Source: a virus
Taxonomy: Duplodnaviria > Caudoviricetes
Virus record (IMG/VR): IMGVR_UViG_3300032007_000017
Reading direction: 5' to 3' (one strand)
DNA: 64,000 nucleotides
Numbering within the stretch: the first letter of the stretch is position 1; the number at the start of each line of letters is the position of its first letter. Under the pieces are notes generated by a model that saw only the letters and a program-made list of their open reading frames with translations, did no database searches and was not told the DNA's origin. Below, one piece after another: positions 10,571 through 21,729 of the stretch. A program made the translations under genes and the position numbers.

Positions 10571-12533
10571 TTTCTTTCCACTCCTGCAGTTTCTGTATTA
10601 ATTCCTCAGACATTTCCACCTCATTAATGAATGGGCGATAATATCCTCCTTCTGTATGCTTTTCATACAGTGGGAAATAATACTTTTGATATTGGGTAAA
10701 CGGATATCTGCATCCATCATCCATGGTCTCAGGCAGCCTTGCAATAGGATGTCTGGGCTGGATTTCATAGGTGTAGAGATCTCGTATATATGTCACAAGT
10801 TGATTGAAGTTCGGCAATCCTAACCAGCGTGTACCGAATTCTAGCCACTGATGAGATTGTAGATCTTCACAGAATTGTCCTCCTGCTGTATAATGTTCAT
10901 AATGAGTCCTATTATGCTTATCATGGATCTTACCAGCAATAATAATAAGACCAATCTGGACATACGGGAAGACATTAAACTGACGCATAATCGACGGATA
11001 CAGAGATTTATAGTCAGAGTCGACTAGATTCTCAAATACATTCGTCGGATTACCGTTAAGAAATACTCTCGATTTATCGTTAACTTGAAGCGGATCAGCC
11101 ACAAAGGCCCCAGGATAGGGCTGAGCGACATTATCATAATTGATATTATTACCCTTTACGTAACCTCTATCCCAAAGAACTTGCTGACCGCGATTAGCAA
11201 GATATACAGTTTGACGATGAATCTTTGCATATCGAGTATTGTTCATCAAACACTTAGAGAATACATACTCTAAGTCTTGAGTATAATACTCAATACAATA
11301 TTGAACGATAGTATCACAGACGTTATAGAAGAAGAATGTCTTATAGTTTTTATAAGGCAGTAACTCAATCTGAGTTGTGATATCTTTATAGTCAAGCTTC
11401 TTCACCTTGGCTATAATTGTACCAATAGCATCCAATCCATAGGATAGGTACTTTGTCTGTCCTTTTCGTCTGGATGCAAATTGGATCATTTGATCGAGCC
11501 AGACTGTATAAGAAGAGCATGAGAAGAAATCGTTACGCTCATCAAATACATCTTTATTTCTATCGTCGACATAATAGAAGCATTCTTTGACCTTGAAATC
11601 TGGATGGCAGATTACATTTTCTGGTTTTCTACCAAGACGTTCAATTCTTGCAATCAGATATGGAAGGTCGAATGCTTCATTCCATGCCAGACAGAAATCT
11701 GGTTTATAGCTGTTTACCAGTTTAAAGAACTCACGTATCATTCTATATTCATCATCTTCATCATAGAATGCTACATTGAATTTCATATTCTCTAAACCAA
11801 AGTAAAATGGCTCCTTGGTTTCAGAGTTATGATTATTCTCTGAAACATGAGCCAATACAAATTGCTTTAATTCAGCAAGATTCTGCTGAATATTTGCTTC
11901 TAGTTCAGCAATTTGTGGATTCCTAGGATTCCTCAGAAGGAATGTATAGGTCTCCATTCTATCCTGAAAAACGATGGTAATTGCATTGACTGGTGCTTCT
12001 CCAGGTTCCGGAAAATCACCAGCAATATCGATACCATCGACCTCAATATCGAAGAAAGCTTTAGAGATCTGACAGATCTGGTTTGTATAGGTATTATTAA
12101 ACCAAAATCTATAATGATCTTCCAAAGTATTATCTGACATAAACACATCAGGGTGTTTATGAATATCTTTTATTTTTCTGAAATCGCCACTTCGAATAGT
12201 CTCTTTATACCAAGAAGTATATCCGAGCTTATCACAGATATCTGATTCAAGGAATAAATGAGGAGTATCATGGGCATCCACACTATTTAAAGGTGCATAA
12301 GTTCGATTATATGCTACCCGCTTATCAGGTTTTGCAATAAAATATTCATAAGCAGGATTCATAATCTCTTCTTTATGCTTCATTCCTGTTTTATTATCTT
12401 TATAGATAATAGTCATGCATTGAGTATATTTACTCTTTCCATTTTCATCTGGTGGCAACCTCCATTTCTTTACCATAGTATTCATAATGGTAAGATCATC
12501 ACCAGGTTGCCTTGCAGTAAGTTTCAATTGCAT
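10539..12533 (-). CDS. Family B DNA polymerase, N-terminal part (3'-5' exonuclease plus motif A) of a split enzyme
   Basis: ExoI FFDIEVD, ExoII AWNEAFDLPYL, ExoIII YNVCD, motif A DSDYKSLYPSIM; no motif B/C; start placed at MQLKL after AGGTGAG. Confidence 0.85.
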   Translation of the reverse strand: MQLKLTARQPGDDLTIMNTMVKKWRLPPDENGKSKYTQCMTIIYKDNKTGMKHKEEIMNPAYEYFIAKPDKRVAYNRTYAPLNSVDAHDTPHLFLESDICDKLGYTSWYKETIRSGDFRKIKDIHKHPDVFMSDNTLEDHYRFWFNNTYTNQICQISKAFFDIEVDGIDIAGDFPEPGEAPVNAITIVFQDRMETYTFLLRNPRNPQIAELEANIQQNLAELKQFVLAHVSENNHNSETKEPFYFGLENMKFNVAFYDEDDEYRMIREFFKLVNSYKPDFCLAWNEAFDLPYLIARIERLGRKPENVICHPDFKVKECFYYVDDRNKDVFDERNDFFSCSSYTVWLDQMIQFASRRKGQTKYLSYGLDAIGTIIAKVKKLDYKDITTQIELLPYKNYKTFFFYNVCDTIVQYCIEYYTQDLEYVFSKCLMNNTRYAKIHRQTVYLANRGQQVLWDRGYVKGNNINYDNVAQPYPGAFVADPLQVNDKSRVFLNGNPTNVFENLVDSDYKSLYPSIMRQFNVFPYVQIGLIIIAGKIHDKHNRTHYEHYTAGGQFCEDLQSHQWLEFGTRWLGLPNFNQLVTYIRDLYTYEIQPRHPIARLPETMDDGCRYPFTQYQKYYFPLYEKHTEGGYYRPFINEVEMSEELIQKLQEWKENVAVTPNQSF

Positions 12534-12636
12534 AATCTCACCTACTATCTTAATTATTGCACAGTTATAATATATTTTCAAATTGACTTTTAAAGATTAC
12601 ACTAACAGCAAATTATATTAGAAGGAGGATTTCAAT

Positions 12637-13632
12637 ATGGAATTCTATTATCCTTTCATAGGCACCGAGCCTACAGAAGAAATTTCTGCTAAGAAGAATG
12701 CACTCGATGGTTATACAGAATTCGATACGTCATTCTTCGAAGATGATGGTGCGAAAATCGTCCCCTCTGAACAAGAACTCGAGCTTGCAGATAAGAATAA
12801 TAAAGCTAAGAAAGCCCCTGAAAGACTTACCAAAGTCTCTCAAAAGGGTGGTCCTTTCGATGTACCAGTTCCTGTAGCATCTACAGAAGCTGTTGTAGAT
12901 CCTATGACTGTACCTTATGCTGATTCTTATCGTAGAACTAATTCATGGCTTGAGCAGTCTGTTCTTCAGACGGATGTACTTGCTAGTGAAGTAAAAGAAG
13001 ACTTGGATAAGATCCGTGCTTCCAATACCATGAAGTCTAAGTACACCTATATCTCTAATCTTGCTGGTGTTCAGGCTAGTTTGATTGGTACGAAGATTCA
13101 GGCTATTCGTGAAATCAATAACTCTATCAACAAGGCTCATGAACTTGAGCTTAAGAGAGCTAAGGATATCAAGGATGCTCAGAAGGATCAGCAGAATGAT
13201 GATTCTCGCATGATGGATATGTACAATGCCTTTATCAATTCTCCTATGGGCATGTACAATAATGCTTTGAATATGCCGACTGTCCCTGAAGCGATGCTTG
13301 GTACGAATGGTTTAAACCCCACTATCCAGGGTGTATCAATTGCTCCGAACGCTGGTCTGTCTTCCAATCAGTTGTCTCCCGAGCAGCTTCGCATGAGAAT
13401 GGAGGGCAACCCCAATATTGAAGAGGTTGTCATGTATGAACCTTCTACAGGTAGACGTTGGTTCCAGATTTTAGATAATTCGACAGGTCAACCTGTCCCC
13501 GGTATGCCTACAAGTGACGATTTCTTACTTTCGGATGTCACTATTGATGTCCGTAGTGGGACTGCTAAGAATCGTAACATTGACCGGGTTTGGAGGCTCG
13601 TAAACACCGAAAATACAGTTTACGAATATTGA
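12637..13632 (+). CDS. Hypothetical coiled-coil protein with N-terminal YYPF motif
   Basis: RBS AAGGAGG; AACA-N6-TA motif at 12604-12615. Confidence 0.7.
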   Translation: MEFYYPFIGTEPTEEISAKKNALDGYTEFDTSFFEDDGAKIVPSEQELELADKNNKAKKAPERLTKVSQKGGPFDVPVPVASTEAVVDPMTVPYADSYRRTNSWLEQSVLQTDVLASEVKEDLDKIRASNTMKSKYTYISNLAGVQASLIGTKIQAIREINNSINKAHELELKRAKDIKDAQKDQQNDDSRMMDMYNAFINSPMGMYNNALNMPTVPEAMLGTNGLNPTIQGVSIAPNAGLSSNQLSPEQLRMRMEGNPNIEEVVMYEPSTGRRWFQILDNSTGQPVPGMPTSDDFLLSDVTIDVRSGTAKNRNIDRVWRLVNTENTVYEY

Positions 13633-13639
13633 TGTGAAA

Positions 13640-14166
13640 ATAAAAGGGGGAGAGCCCCGATTGTGGGCTCTCCCAAGAAAGAGGAAGTTCGATGCATCTC
13701 TATCGCATGGGCGCATCGATTAATTATATGCTATCAACTATATAAAAAATAAATATAAGAGGACTTTTTGTCCTCTTATTTCTTTGCTAAAACTAATTAG
13801 ACAGTCATTATGACTGTCTAATTAGTACTATGGAGGAATCAATCAATGAAAACCAAAAAGAAATATAGAAATTGTGGCTTTACTTAATAGTTAGATAGAC
13901 TATATACAAGGGACTCGAAAGTCCCTTGTATATAGTTTTGAAAGAAGAAGTCAATCTGGGAAAAGTGTGGATAACATGTTGAAAAATCATAAGTTTCATC
14001 CAAAACCAAATAATGGTTTTACTTTTTTTGTTATATGCATAAAAAATAATACGAGGGTCTACCAGCCCCCCGTATTACTGTATGTAGTCATATAAGAGGC
14101 CCATCTCACAAACCTCTTACTGAGTACATACTAATGTGGACGTATTTCAGCCCACCATTAGTATGT
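13640..14166 (-). ncRNA. Cluster of candidate small RNA units (promoter motif, unstructured stretch, long hairpin)
   Basis: No long ORF; perfect hairpins at ~13792-13826 and ~13899-13936; AACT-N6-TA at 13881-13892 on the minus strand. Confidence 0.35.
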
Positions 14167-16905
14167 TCAGTTCGCATTAAAATCCCAAATTATATTATTG
14201 GTAGATTTATCAATATCAATACCATCAGATCTAAGAAGAATGATATCAGCATTTGATACAATCATCTCAGAAGAATGTGAGATCATAATGCACTGCTCAG
14301 TTTCCATAAGATCCATGATATTATCCATCAATAAAGCAAATGCTGCTCTATTAGGTTCATCAAGAGGATCATCAATTTCATCTACTTTAATGACATTATA
14401 CTCAGTAGAAGAAATCTTCAAAAGAGCAAATGAGATAATCATGGATATCATAGTCAACTGAGAGGAACTCATTGAAGATATATCATCATTCAAATATCCA
14501 TTACCAATGCAAGGAATTCTAAACTCATTTTCATTGATAACGAATGGTTGAAGTTGATACTGTCCTCCAAATAGATAAGACAATAACTTATTGGAGAGTT
14601 TCAGTATATTACCCATATAGAGTTCCATAAATACTAGCTGGATGCCAGTAGTAGGGGATGAATAGAACTTGACTTTTTCATACTTCTTAATCTCAGTTTG
14701 ATAAGACTCAAGAGATTTTTCATAATCTGCAATCTGTCCAAGCTTGTAAACCAAATCATCTCGTTCTCTATTTTTATGAGAAACATCATTCTCATAAACT
14801 TTCAAACGAGTAACCTCTTCTGCTCTTCTAGCTTCATGATTACGAATGAAATCTATCTGAGATTTATACTGATCAAGCTCATTCTTTGTAGAATCATAAA
14901 GTTGCATTGTTTGCAGTATCTGATCGACCTTGGGTATCAAATAATCGTTTATTTGATGAATTCTGTCTTCTGATACTGCTAAAGCCCTTTGAACGTGTTC
15001 TACGATCCTTTGGTTCGCCTCAGAGTGCCTAAATAAGGCGCTGAGAGAAGCTTCAAGTTGAATTTTCATGTCGTAGAACTTTTTCATGCCTTCTTTCATT
15101 CCAGCAAGAGAAGCTAGCTTAGCTTCATACTTTTGAATATTTCCTACTATGATTTGATATTCTTCAAAGTAATTGGCTAAGTCAATATATTGATAGATTC
15201 TATCAATATATTTCAATTCATCTCCTCCAAGAAGAGTCTCAAAGAACTCTGCTTTGGATTCGAATATTCCTCCATTTGGAAGTCTTGAAAGAATGGAATG
15301 ATTCTTATCAATAGAACGAATGATCGTTCTAATGGCATTTAAGCAAGCATTATGAACTTCTGCATGTTTAACCTCAGATTCATATTGATCTATTTGTGCT
15401 TTAAAAATATCATATGAATTGGTTAAGTCAGATAGAGTTTCTGCCGGATTAGTAGCAGCGGCTTTTACAGCATCTGATATAAAGAAGCATGAATCAATCT
15501 TACAACCACTAGGACGATTCTTTAACTTTTCTGCCAGCTTACGATTAGTATCTGCTTCAGCAATTGCTGTTAGATACTTTTCGTTATACTGGTCTTTGGT
15601 ATCAAGAACCGCCTGTTGTTTCGATGTATCAATAACAGAAGGCATGCCTATATAATTAATGGTAGCAAACTCATTGATACATTCTTGAATTGTATGATAG
15701 TCATACATAAACTTAAAATCTTCTACTAAGCGAGTAATCTCATGCACTGTCTCCAACGCAATAATATACTCAGCTTTTGTAAAAGAATTCGGATCAATAC
15801 CTGTAACAGATATTGTCTGGGCTATCTGTGCCGCATCTTGTTTAGCACTATTCAGATAGGATTCGACCTCATTATACTCATCAGACTTTAAAGAGGATAA
15901 CTGATTTTCAATATCATCAATCTGTCCTTTGATAGATTGAATTTGATTTATCAATCCATTATTAATAGATCTAATTCTCTCTATCTCAGACTTGAAATAG
16001 GTATTAGCAGCATAGTCTTTCTGAAGTTGCTCAGCCAATGCTTTTGCTTCCACTTCAGGAATAAACATCATCTGCATACCATCTCGATGATAACCAAAAA
16101 TCATCTCTTTAAGCTCTTTATTAAGCTTTCTGAGTTCAGATTCTTTGCTCTTATATGAAGTTTGAATAGAAGCATCGGGATCAATGTTTCTGATTTCTAC
16201 ATCAATCTCTGTAATGGTTCTTTTAACTTCATCAATGTTTCTTTGAATTTCATTTGTCTCTCGTTCTACAGAATCTTTTAAAGCCTCTAAACTTGCTTTA
16301 TCTCCAAGAGCTCCTAATCTAGTAGTGATACTAGACATAATAGCCTTAACAGCACTTACTTTCTTAGAAACTGTCTTGTAGATATCGTTATAGACTTCAA
16401 GAGATTCGATAATAGAATTAACAAACTTCTTTCTCTCAGCAGGCTTCTTATAACCAAGACCTCTATCATCCATGGATAGTTTAGAGAGAGCAAAGAAATT
16501 AGGATCAAGCTTAAATTCAGAATACAAAATGTCTCGATAACTCGTTACATTCCCATTCTGATTCATCTCAATCATAACTCCATTATCATTAGACTTTGAG
16601 ATAAATGCTTTAGTGGTTTCTCTTGTACCATTTGGTTTCAGTTCATGAAAGAACTGAATTAGATAGTTGTGTCCTTTGTGATAGACTCCTACTATTTTAC
16701 TAGCAGATCTATCAGGAATAAATGCATCAGTACTATCTGGAAATAAACTTAATGCATTCATAATAGTGGTCTTACCAGACCCATTGGTTCCTTTAATGAC
16801 TTGGACTCTATGTGTAGCAAGACTAAAATCTATCCTGATATTATAGAGACCCATTCCATTATAGATACCAACGTAGTTATTCAGTTCAAGACTTGTAAAT
16901 CTCAT
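14167..16905 (-). CDS. sbcC: SbcC/Rad50-like SMC ATPase
   Basis: Walker A GTNGSGKTT, long coiled coils, central Cys hook CKIDSC, variant signature MSSSQ, Walker B IIKVDEID. Confidence 0.9.
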   Translation of the reverse strand: MRFTSLELNNYVGIYNGMGLYNIRIDFSLATHRVQVIKGTNGSGKTTIMNALSLFPDSTDAFIPDRSASKIVGVYHKGHNYLIQFFHELKPNGTRETTKAFISKSNDNGVMIEMNQNGNVTSYRDILYSEFKLDPNFFALSKLSMDDRGLGYKKPAERKKFVNSIIESLEVYNDIYKTVSKKVSAVKAIMSSITTRLGALGDKASLEALKDSVERETNEIQRNIDEVKRTITEIDVEIRNIDPDASIQTSYKSKESELRKLNKELKEMIFGYHRDGMQMMFIPEVEAKALAEQLQKDYAANTYFKSEIERIRSINNGLINQIQSIKGQIDDIENQLSSLKSDEYNEVESYLNSAKQDAAQIAQTISVTGIDPNSFTKAEYIIALETVHEITRLVEDFKFMYDYHTIQECINEFATINYIGMPSVIDTSKQQAVLDTKDQYNEKYLTAIAEADTNRKLAEKLKNRPSGCKIDSCFFISDAVKAAATNPAETLSDLTNSYDIFKAQIDQYESEVKHAEVHNACLNAIRTIIRSIDKNHSILSRLPNGGIFESKAEFFETLLGGDELKYIDRIYQYIDLANYFEEYQIIVGNIQKYEAKLASLAGMKEGMKKFYDMKIQLEASLSALFRHSEANQRIVEHVQRALAVSEDRIHQINDYLIPKVDQILQTMQLYDSTKNELDQYKSQIDFIRNHEARRAEEVTRLKVYENDVSHKNRERDDLVYKLGQIADYEKSLESYQTEIKKYEKVKFYSSPTTGIQLVFMELYMGNILKLSNKLLSYLFGGQYQLQPFVINENEFRIPCIGNGYLNDDISSMSSSQLTMISMIISFALLKISSTEYNVIKVDEIDDPLDEPNRAAFALLMDNIMDLMETEQCIMISHSSEMIVSNADIILLRSDGIDIDKSTNNIIWDFNAN

Positions 16906-17234
16906 TATGTAAACTGTTTATATGCATATTTCTTTTCTTGTTGATTTACATCAGTAGGTTTCTTTTCTTTTACAATACCAATACGGATAAGGTCTTGAAA
17001 TTCTCCACTCATAATACTGATATCATCCGGTGTAGTGACACCAATATTCTTGCATACAGTTTCTACATCACTATATGTGAAATCATCAGTTAATTGCTGA
17101 AGAGTCAGATAAAGTAAACGACTTACACGTTCTTTATTCTGAAGGTCTGATCTCCAGCGACTGTTGATATATTTGACTTCGTTTTGATTAAGATCTTCAA
17201 TTATTTCTTGCATTGTCGTCATAATGGCAATCAC
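16905..17234 (-). CDS. Hypothetical protein
   Basis: Stop overlaps the sbcC start; AACA-N6-TA motif upstream at ~17248-17259. Confidence 0.6.
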   Translation of the reverse strand: MIAIMTTMQEIIEDLNQNEVKYINSRWRSDLQNKERVSRLLYLTLQQLTDDFTYSDVETVCKNIGVTTPDDISIMSGEFQDLIRIGIVKEKKPTDVNQQEKKYAYKQFT

Positions 17235-17290
17235 CTCATAATAAGATTAATGATCTGTTTTCATAAAGGTAATAAAAAGAAAAGAGAGAG

Positions 17291-17650
17291 CTATAAGCTC
17301 TCTCTTTTTCTCATAAGTTCTCTCTTCTTTCTCTGCTCAGTATCTGTAAGCTCTTTAAAAGCGCTTAAGAATATTTGAGAATTCAGAGGATTTGCATCAG
17401 GAATTGGAAAACCTCTATCCCAAAGTATAGGAAATGCCTTACCACACTTTATACATCTAAATGTATAGAATGGGGTTCTGGTATTAAATTCCATACAGTG
17501 GGCACCGGCCATGTATTGATCTGCGATCTTTCTATAACCCACTGGATCATTGAAATACTCGTAGAGTTCTATACTTCGATGAGATCTGCAATTAGGGCAA
17601 GTATCAATCGGATCAATCATAAGATTAATCTTTTTGATAAACTCACTCAT
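17291..17650 (-). CDS. Zinc-ribbon protein
   Basis: CPNC...CIKC; start MSEFI after GAGGAG. Confidence 0.65.
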   Translation of the reverse strand: MSEFIKKINLMIDPIDTCPNCRSHRSIELYEYFNDPVGYRKIADQYMAGAHCMEFNTRTPFYTFRCIKCGKAFPILWDRGFPIPDANPLNSQIFLSAFKELTDTEQRKKRELMRKRESL

Positions 17651-18377
17651 TTGTTTCCTCCTCATAATTAGGTGTAGGCGGTGCTACAGGTGGAACAGTA
17701 TTGCTGTATTTATTTCTCCAACGATTGAAAGACCCAAGAAGTTTATACTTATTGGGAAAGTCTCTCGAAAGAGTATCACAATACTTGAAATCTTCCTCAA
17801 AGAACTTATAGTATGTGTCGTTATCTATAGCAATGCCAGTATCAATAAACGCAACTCTGAATGTATCGGGCTTTGTCAGATTGATTCTGGTGTTATTATA
17901 GATATACCATGTGATGATGTGCATGATGGCGAATTTAATCTGGCACAGATATTCACCATCACATGCATCGTCAGGATAAATGATATCCAATAGAAGGTCA
18001 TGCATGACCTTGATAAACTTCATCGTATTGACGCCATCCGCTGTATTAACAGGCGGAATGACAATGATCTTACCTAGTTCGCGGAACAATTCAGAATACT
18101 TGGAAACAGTCTCTGACTTAGCTACACTAGGTTTATTGATATCTTCACAGATTCCGAGCCAATAGTCTCTGCCACGGAATTGAAGATAGTAAAACGAGGT
18201 ATGGTCGAGATCGAAAAGCCTACTACGATTAGCAGGCCCCTCGAAATCGATGATTGCTTGACGAATGGGCTCTTGACCCATGTGAGCAGGATAACTGCCA
18301 GAGATCGCTTTGTTGAAAAGCGTTACTGCGAATTCAAAAAGGTTAGTCGGGTTTTGCGGTGCGATAAACATATCCAT
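17643..18377 (-). CDS. Hypothetical protein
   Basis: RBS AAAGGAGG; ATATTAT-type motif upstream at ~18422-18431. Confidence 0.65.
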   Translation of the reverse strand: MDMFIAPQNPTNLFEFAVTLFNKAISGSYPAHMGQEPIRQAIIDFEGPANRSRLFDLDHTSFYYLQFRGRDYWLGICEDINKPSVAKSETVSKYSELFRELGKIIVIPPVNTADGVNTMKFIKVMHDLLLDIIYPDDACDGEYLCQIKFAIMHIITWYIYNNTRINLTKPDTFRVAFIDTGIAIDNDTYYKFFEEDFKYCDTLSRDFPNKYKLLGSFNRWRNKYSNTVPPVAPPTPNYEEETNE

Positions 18378-18440
18378 TTCCTCCTTTATAGTGATAGAGT
18401 ACTGCCAATACCCTACACTATTATAATATGTAACCAAATG

Positions 18441-19190
18441 CTAGATAACCCAAGGCAACTTAGCGAAGGATCCTTTCTCAACATCGTATGCATCGATGAG
18501 ATCTTCTGCAATCGGGGTGGTAGTCCTAAATGCATTGGCTACAATTTCAGGAGTAAGAGAAATTAATTGCTTAACTATGGATACAGTAAGCACATTCGTT
18601 AAAATATTCTTAGAGTTATCAGCCATGAGATTATCACCCATGCGAATATCAACAAAGTGCTTTATGCATCCACGGAAGTCAAGCAGATATACCTTAAGAT
18701 CATCACCAGATATATCTTTCGGATCCTTCTCAAGAAAATCCATTCTCAAGAAGAAATTAATGATATTGAGATGATCATCAAAACTCATGCAATATACAGA
18801 GTTATTGTTGATATTGAAGAGCTTCCCAGGAGTAAGATTGGCATACAGGCCTTGATCCTCATTCTCAACAACAGGAGCTTTAATGCCATAGATATTAAAG
18901 CTCATGGTAAGAGGACGACCAACTCCAAATACAGCATTTCCGATGTTTACTTTTGAATACGGATCTTCGTCTCTAATAATAGAGAAAATCTTCCATCCTG
19001 GATTTCTCTGACTGAATGTCTTAATGATCAAATCATTATCGATTCTATCAGCGATCATACGTTTAAGGTCACCGCTAAAAGATTCATCAAATTTACTTGC
19101 TAGATTATTGAAAACCAGATAGCTTTCATTGCACACATATGTATGTGCTTCTTGCAGTGATGATACCATCTTCTTGACAAAATTAACCAT
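18441..19190 (-). CDS. Hypothetical protein
   Basis: Start MVNFV overlaps the end of the upstream gene. Confidence 0.65.
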   Translation of the reverse strand: MVNFVKKMVSSLQEAHTYVCNESYLVFNNLASKFDESFSGDLKRMIADRIDNDLIIKTFSQRNPGWKIFSIIRDEDPYSKVNIGNAVFGVGRPLTMSFNIYGIKAPVVENEDQGLYANLTPGKLFNINNNSVYCMSFDDHLNIINFFLRMDFLEKDPKDISGDDLKVYLLDFRGCIKHFVDIRMGDNLMADNSKNILTNVLTVSIVKQLISLTPEIVANAFRTTTPIAEDLIDAYDVEKGSFAKLPWVI

Positions 19191-19542
19191 CTTCAAATCC
19201 TTTCTCTGTATCAACCAGATAATTTATCGCATTTGGATTATAGTCTCGGTTAAATCTTTTATACTTCTCTCTGAGGTACTCATCCTCACCAAAAGGATTG
19301 AATCTCCATCCAGAGTCTGTAAGTATAAATTTATCAGATGTAAATCCACACTCCAAGCAATGGAAGACGGTAGAAGTATCGACAACAAAGTTGCTAGGTG
19401 CTCCATCTTCATCCACCATTGCGAAGATGCTATCGCTCTGTTTATAGGCTAATGCAGCTTTAAAACATTGCGGGCAAACGCAAGGAGGAAGTTCCTTAAA
19501 AGGATGATAAAGTTTATTAGTATTTCTTGCCATCTCTATCAC
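19183..19542 (-). CDS. Zinc-ribbon protein with N-terminal LYHPF motif
   Basis: CPQC...CLEC. Confidence 0.6.
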   Translation of the reverse strand: MIEMARNTNKLYHPFKELPPCVCPQCFKAALAYKQSDSIFAMVDEDGAPSNFVVDTSTVFHCLECGFTSDKFILTDSGWRFNPFGEDEYLREKYKRFNRDYNPNAINYLVDTEKGFEDG

Positions 19543-19763
19543 CTACCTGTCGGAAGTGTGTATTTCATCTTAGTGTCATCACCCTCAGCAACAATCTTCA
19601 TATCAGAATATCTATTGCTGGGAGATGATGACATCTCAGTGAAGGATTTACGAGATCCTTTGTAGTACACGGTTCCAATGTTGAATGTTTTACCCATCTG
19701 CTCTTGGATTTTCCTCATGAACTTTTCTTGTTCAGAGGAATAAAGGAAATACTTATACGCCAT
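19539..19763 (-). CDS. Small hypothetical protein
   Basis: Start MAYKY after GGAGG, overlapping the end of the RNAP gene. Confidence 0.6.
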   Translation of the reverse strand: MAYKYFLYSSEQEKFMRKIQEQMGKTFNIGTVYYKGSRKSFTEMSSSPSNRYSDMKIVAEGDDTKMKYTLPTGR

Positions 19764-21729
19764 AAGGCATTCCTCCAACTTGACGGAATGGATAGTAATA
19801 AATCCCAGGCTCAACTGCTTCCATTGCAGTAAAGAGAATCTTTTGACAAGCAACAGCTTTCTCTTTCAATGTCTTAGCCTTAGTTTCACTACCCTTAATA
19901 TTAAGTAATTTCCCTTTTGCATCGAAAAGCTGAAGTTCTCCATTGGCTTTGATATAGTCGTCATAGAGATCTCTATACTTCTCTTCCCAGGTATCAGGTT
20001 CTTCATAGTCAGTAAAGTAACCATCAGTCATATGGTTAAACGGACTAATCAAACCAGTAACACCAGGATTATTATCTGAAGAAGCATCAAGGTCAATTCT
20101 GCCGACATGAGAAGGATGAACAAAACGAATAGATTCAGGAATACTATTGTTGTCATCTTCACCAATGCCAGAGATACCCTTCAAACTGAATTTCAATGCA
20201 AGCAAAGAGTCCATATCACTGACGATATTTCTATACGAAACAAGGTTCGATTTCGAAATAGCCTTCAGAAGGTACATAGGATCAGTTCTGATAGCTCTCT
20301 TAATTGATTCAACAGTGATACGATTATTCTGATCAGAAACACGATTGATACCACGTGCTACTTTATAGATATAGGTAGCAGCAACATACTGTCCGAAACG
20401 AATACGTTTGATACCTACATCATAATTGTCCTTCTTCTTCAGTTCTACGAATTCTCTCATGATCCATCGAAGAACTGAATACATGTCTTCTTTACTTTCA
20501 TCTTTAAGTCTCAGATCCTCTTTGGTAGCGATGTCATAAACGTTTTCGAAAGAATCTAAAATACTCATGCCTTTGTTGTACGTATCCGTAACAGCAGGAT
20601 CACCGGCAAACATAGCTAAGTATTTGTCATTTCCGCAACGATTAAACTCGCCACCAAGAGTCCTAATCCAGAATTCCTTCTTAAAAACTAATCTATAGTC
20701 CATTCCTGGTATCAGGTTAGTAAAGATGCATGTAATGAATCCCTGTGTAACAGGATCATTATCAGTTAAGTACTTATCAGCAATGACGTACAGTTTTCCT
20801 TCTTCTTTCTCGAAGCAATAAACTGATTCGTCAAGACAGGGTTTGTTAGAAACAGCAACTCCATGAATTCCAAGGAATTTCATAGTTCCTTCAAATCCCA
20901 TCTTTGCTAAGAAGTACTTATCAACGCAAACAGTCTTGTTGAAGATATTTGCTCTATAGTTTAAGAGTTTAATCTCTTCACCAGTCCTCATGTCAAATAA
21001 GCCTATCGTATAACGGAAGACTCGAGCGGCCATGAAGATGATCTTGAATGAGATATTCGGGATCTTACTGTTTGTGTAGTTATTATTGTAGGTAGAACCA
21101 TCCACAATCTGGTAGAGAGTGGATCTCACAATACCATTGATTCTAAAGTAGTACTTGTCAATCACTCTCGGAACACAGATATATACATCGAATGATTCTT
21201 CAGAAACTACTTTACCAGCAGCCAGATCTTCAGGACGAATCGAAAGATTATTCTCAAGATTAACTGCAACATGGTATGTCACAATCAGAAGTCTGATATC
21301 CGACTGATTCATATTGATGTATTCATATGGATTATCACGCTTCTTGGTCTTTGTCTTATTACGAGCAAGATACTCATAATAATTAAACATGATCTTCTTA
21401 ATCTGATCATAGTCATCTACAACTCTAAACTTCTCCACTTCGATGGAGAAGTAGTTATTATGTCTTTCACAAGACTTAATAACCTTTTGGAGTTGATCCA
21501 TAACTTCATCATCAGAACGCACAAAAAGATCAGGGTTAAATTGTTCTTTATAGAACTGGTTGAATTGAGACAGAAACTGTCTCTGATTCATTGCATTGAT
21601 AGGAGGCATATCAGGAGGCATAAACCTAGTCCTAGTTGTCTCCTCTACATACTTCAAATAGTCTGTGACTACTTGATCAACTACTACTTTAGAAGTAGTT
21701 TCATTTTTCTTATTCTTCTTCGTCGCCAT
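19753..21729 (-). CDS. Non-virion RNA polymerase beta subunit, N-terminal part
   Basis: YYFRING..STLYQI and RFVHPSHVGRIDLDASSDNNPGVTGLISPF (bacterial [24 protein letters not shown]); ends where the beta-C gene begins. Confidence 0.85.
   Translation of the reverse strand: MATKKNKKNETTSKVVVDQVVTDYLKYVEETTRTRFMPPDMPPINAMNQRQFLSQFNQFYKEQFNPDLFVRSDDEVMDQLQKVIKSCERHNNYFSIEVEKFRVVDDYDQIKKIMFNYYEYLARNKTKTKKRDNPYEYINMNQSDIRLLIVTYHVAVNLENNLSIRPEDLAAGKVVSEESFDVYICVPRVIDKYYFRINGIVRSTLYQIVDGSTYNNNYTNSKIPNISFKIIFMAARVFRYTIGLFDMRTGEEIKLLNYRANIFNKTVCVDKYFLAKMGFEGTMKFLGIHGVAVSNKPCLDESVYCFEKEEGKLYVIADKYLTDNDPVTQGFITCIFTNLIPGMDYRLVFKKEFWIRTLGGEFNRCGNDKYLAMFAGDPAVTDTYNKGMSILDSFENVYDIATKEDLRLKDESKEDMYSVLRWIMREFVELKKKDNYDVGIKRIRFGQYVAATYIYKVARGINRVSDQNNRITVESIKRAIRTDPMYLLKAISKSNLVSYRNIVSDMDSLLALKFSLKGISGIGEDDNNSIPESIRFVHPSHVGRIDLDASSDNNPGVTGLISPFNHMTDGYFTDYEEPDTWEEKYRDLYDDYIKANGELQLFDAKGKLLNIKGSETKAKTLKEKAVACQKILFTAMEAVEPGIYYYPFRQVGGMPYGV

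Noticed and set aside
10539-12581. Truncated DNA polymerase as a defect
   Set aside because: Split family-B polymerases are normal in phiKZ-related phages; the other half is presumably outside the window.
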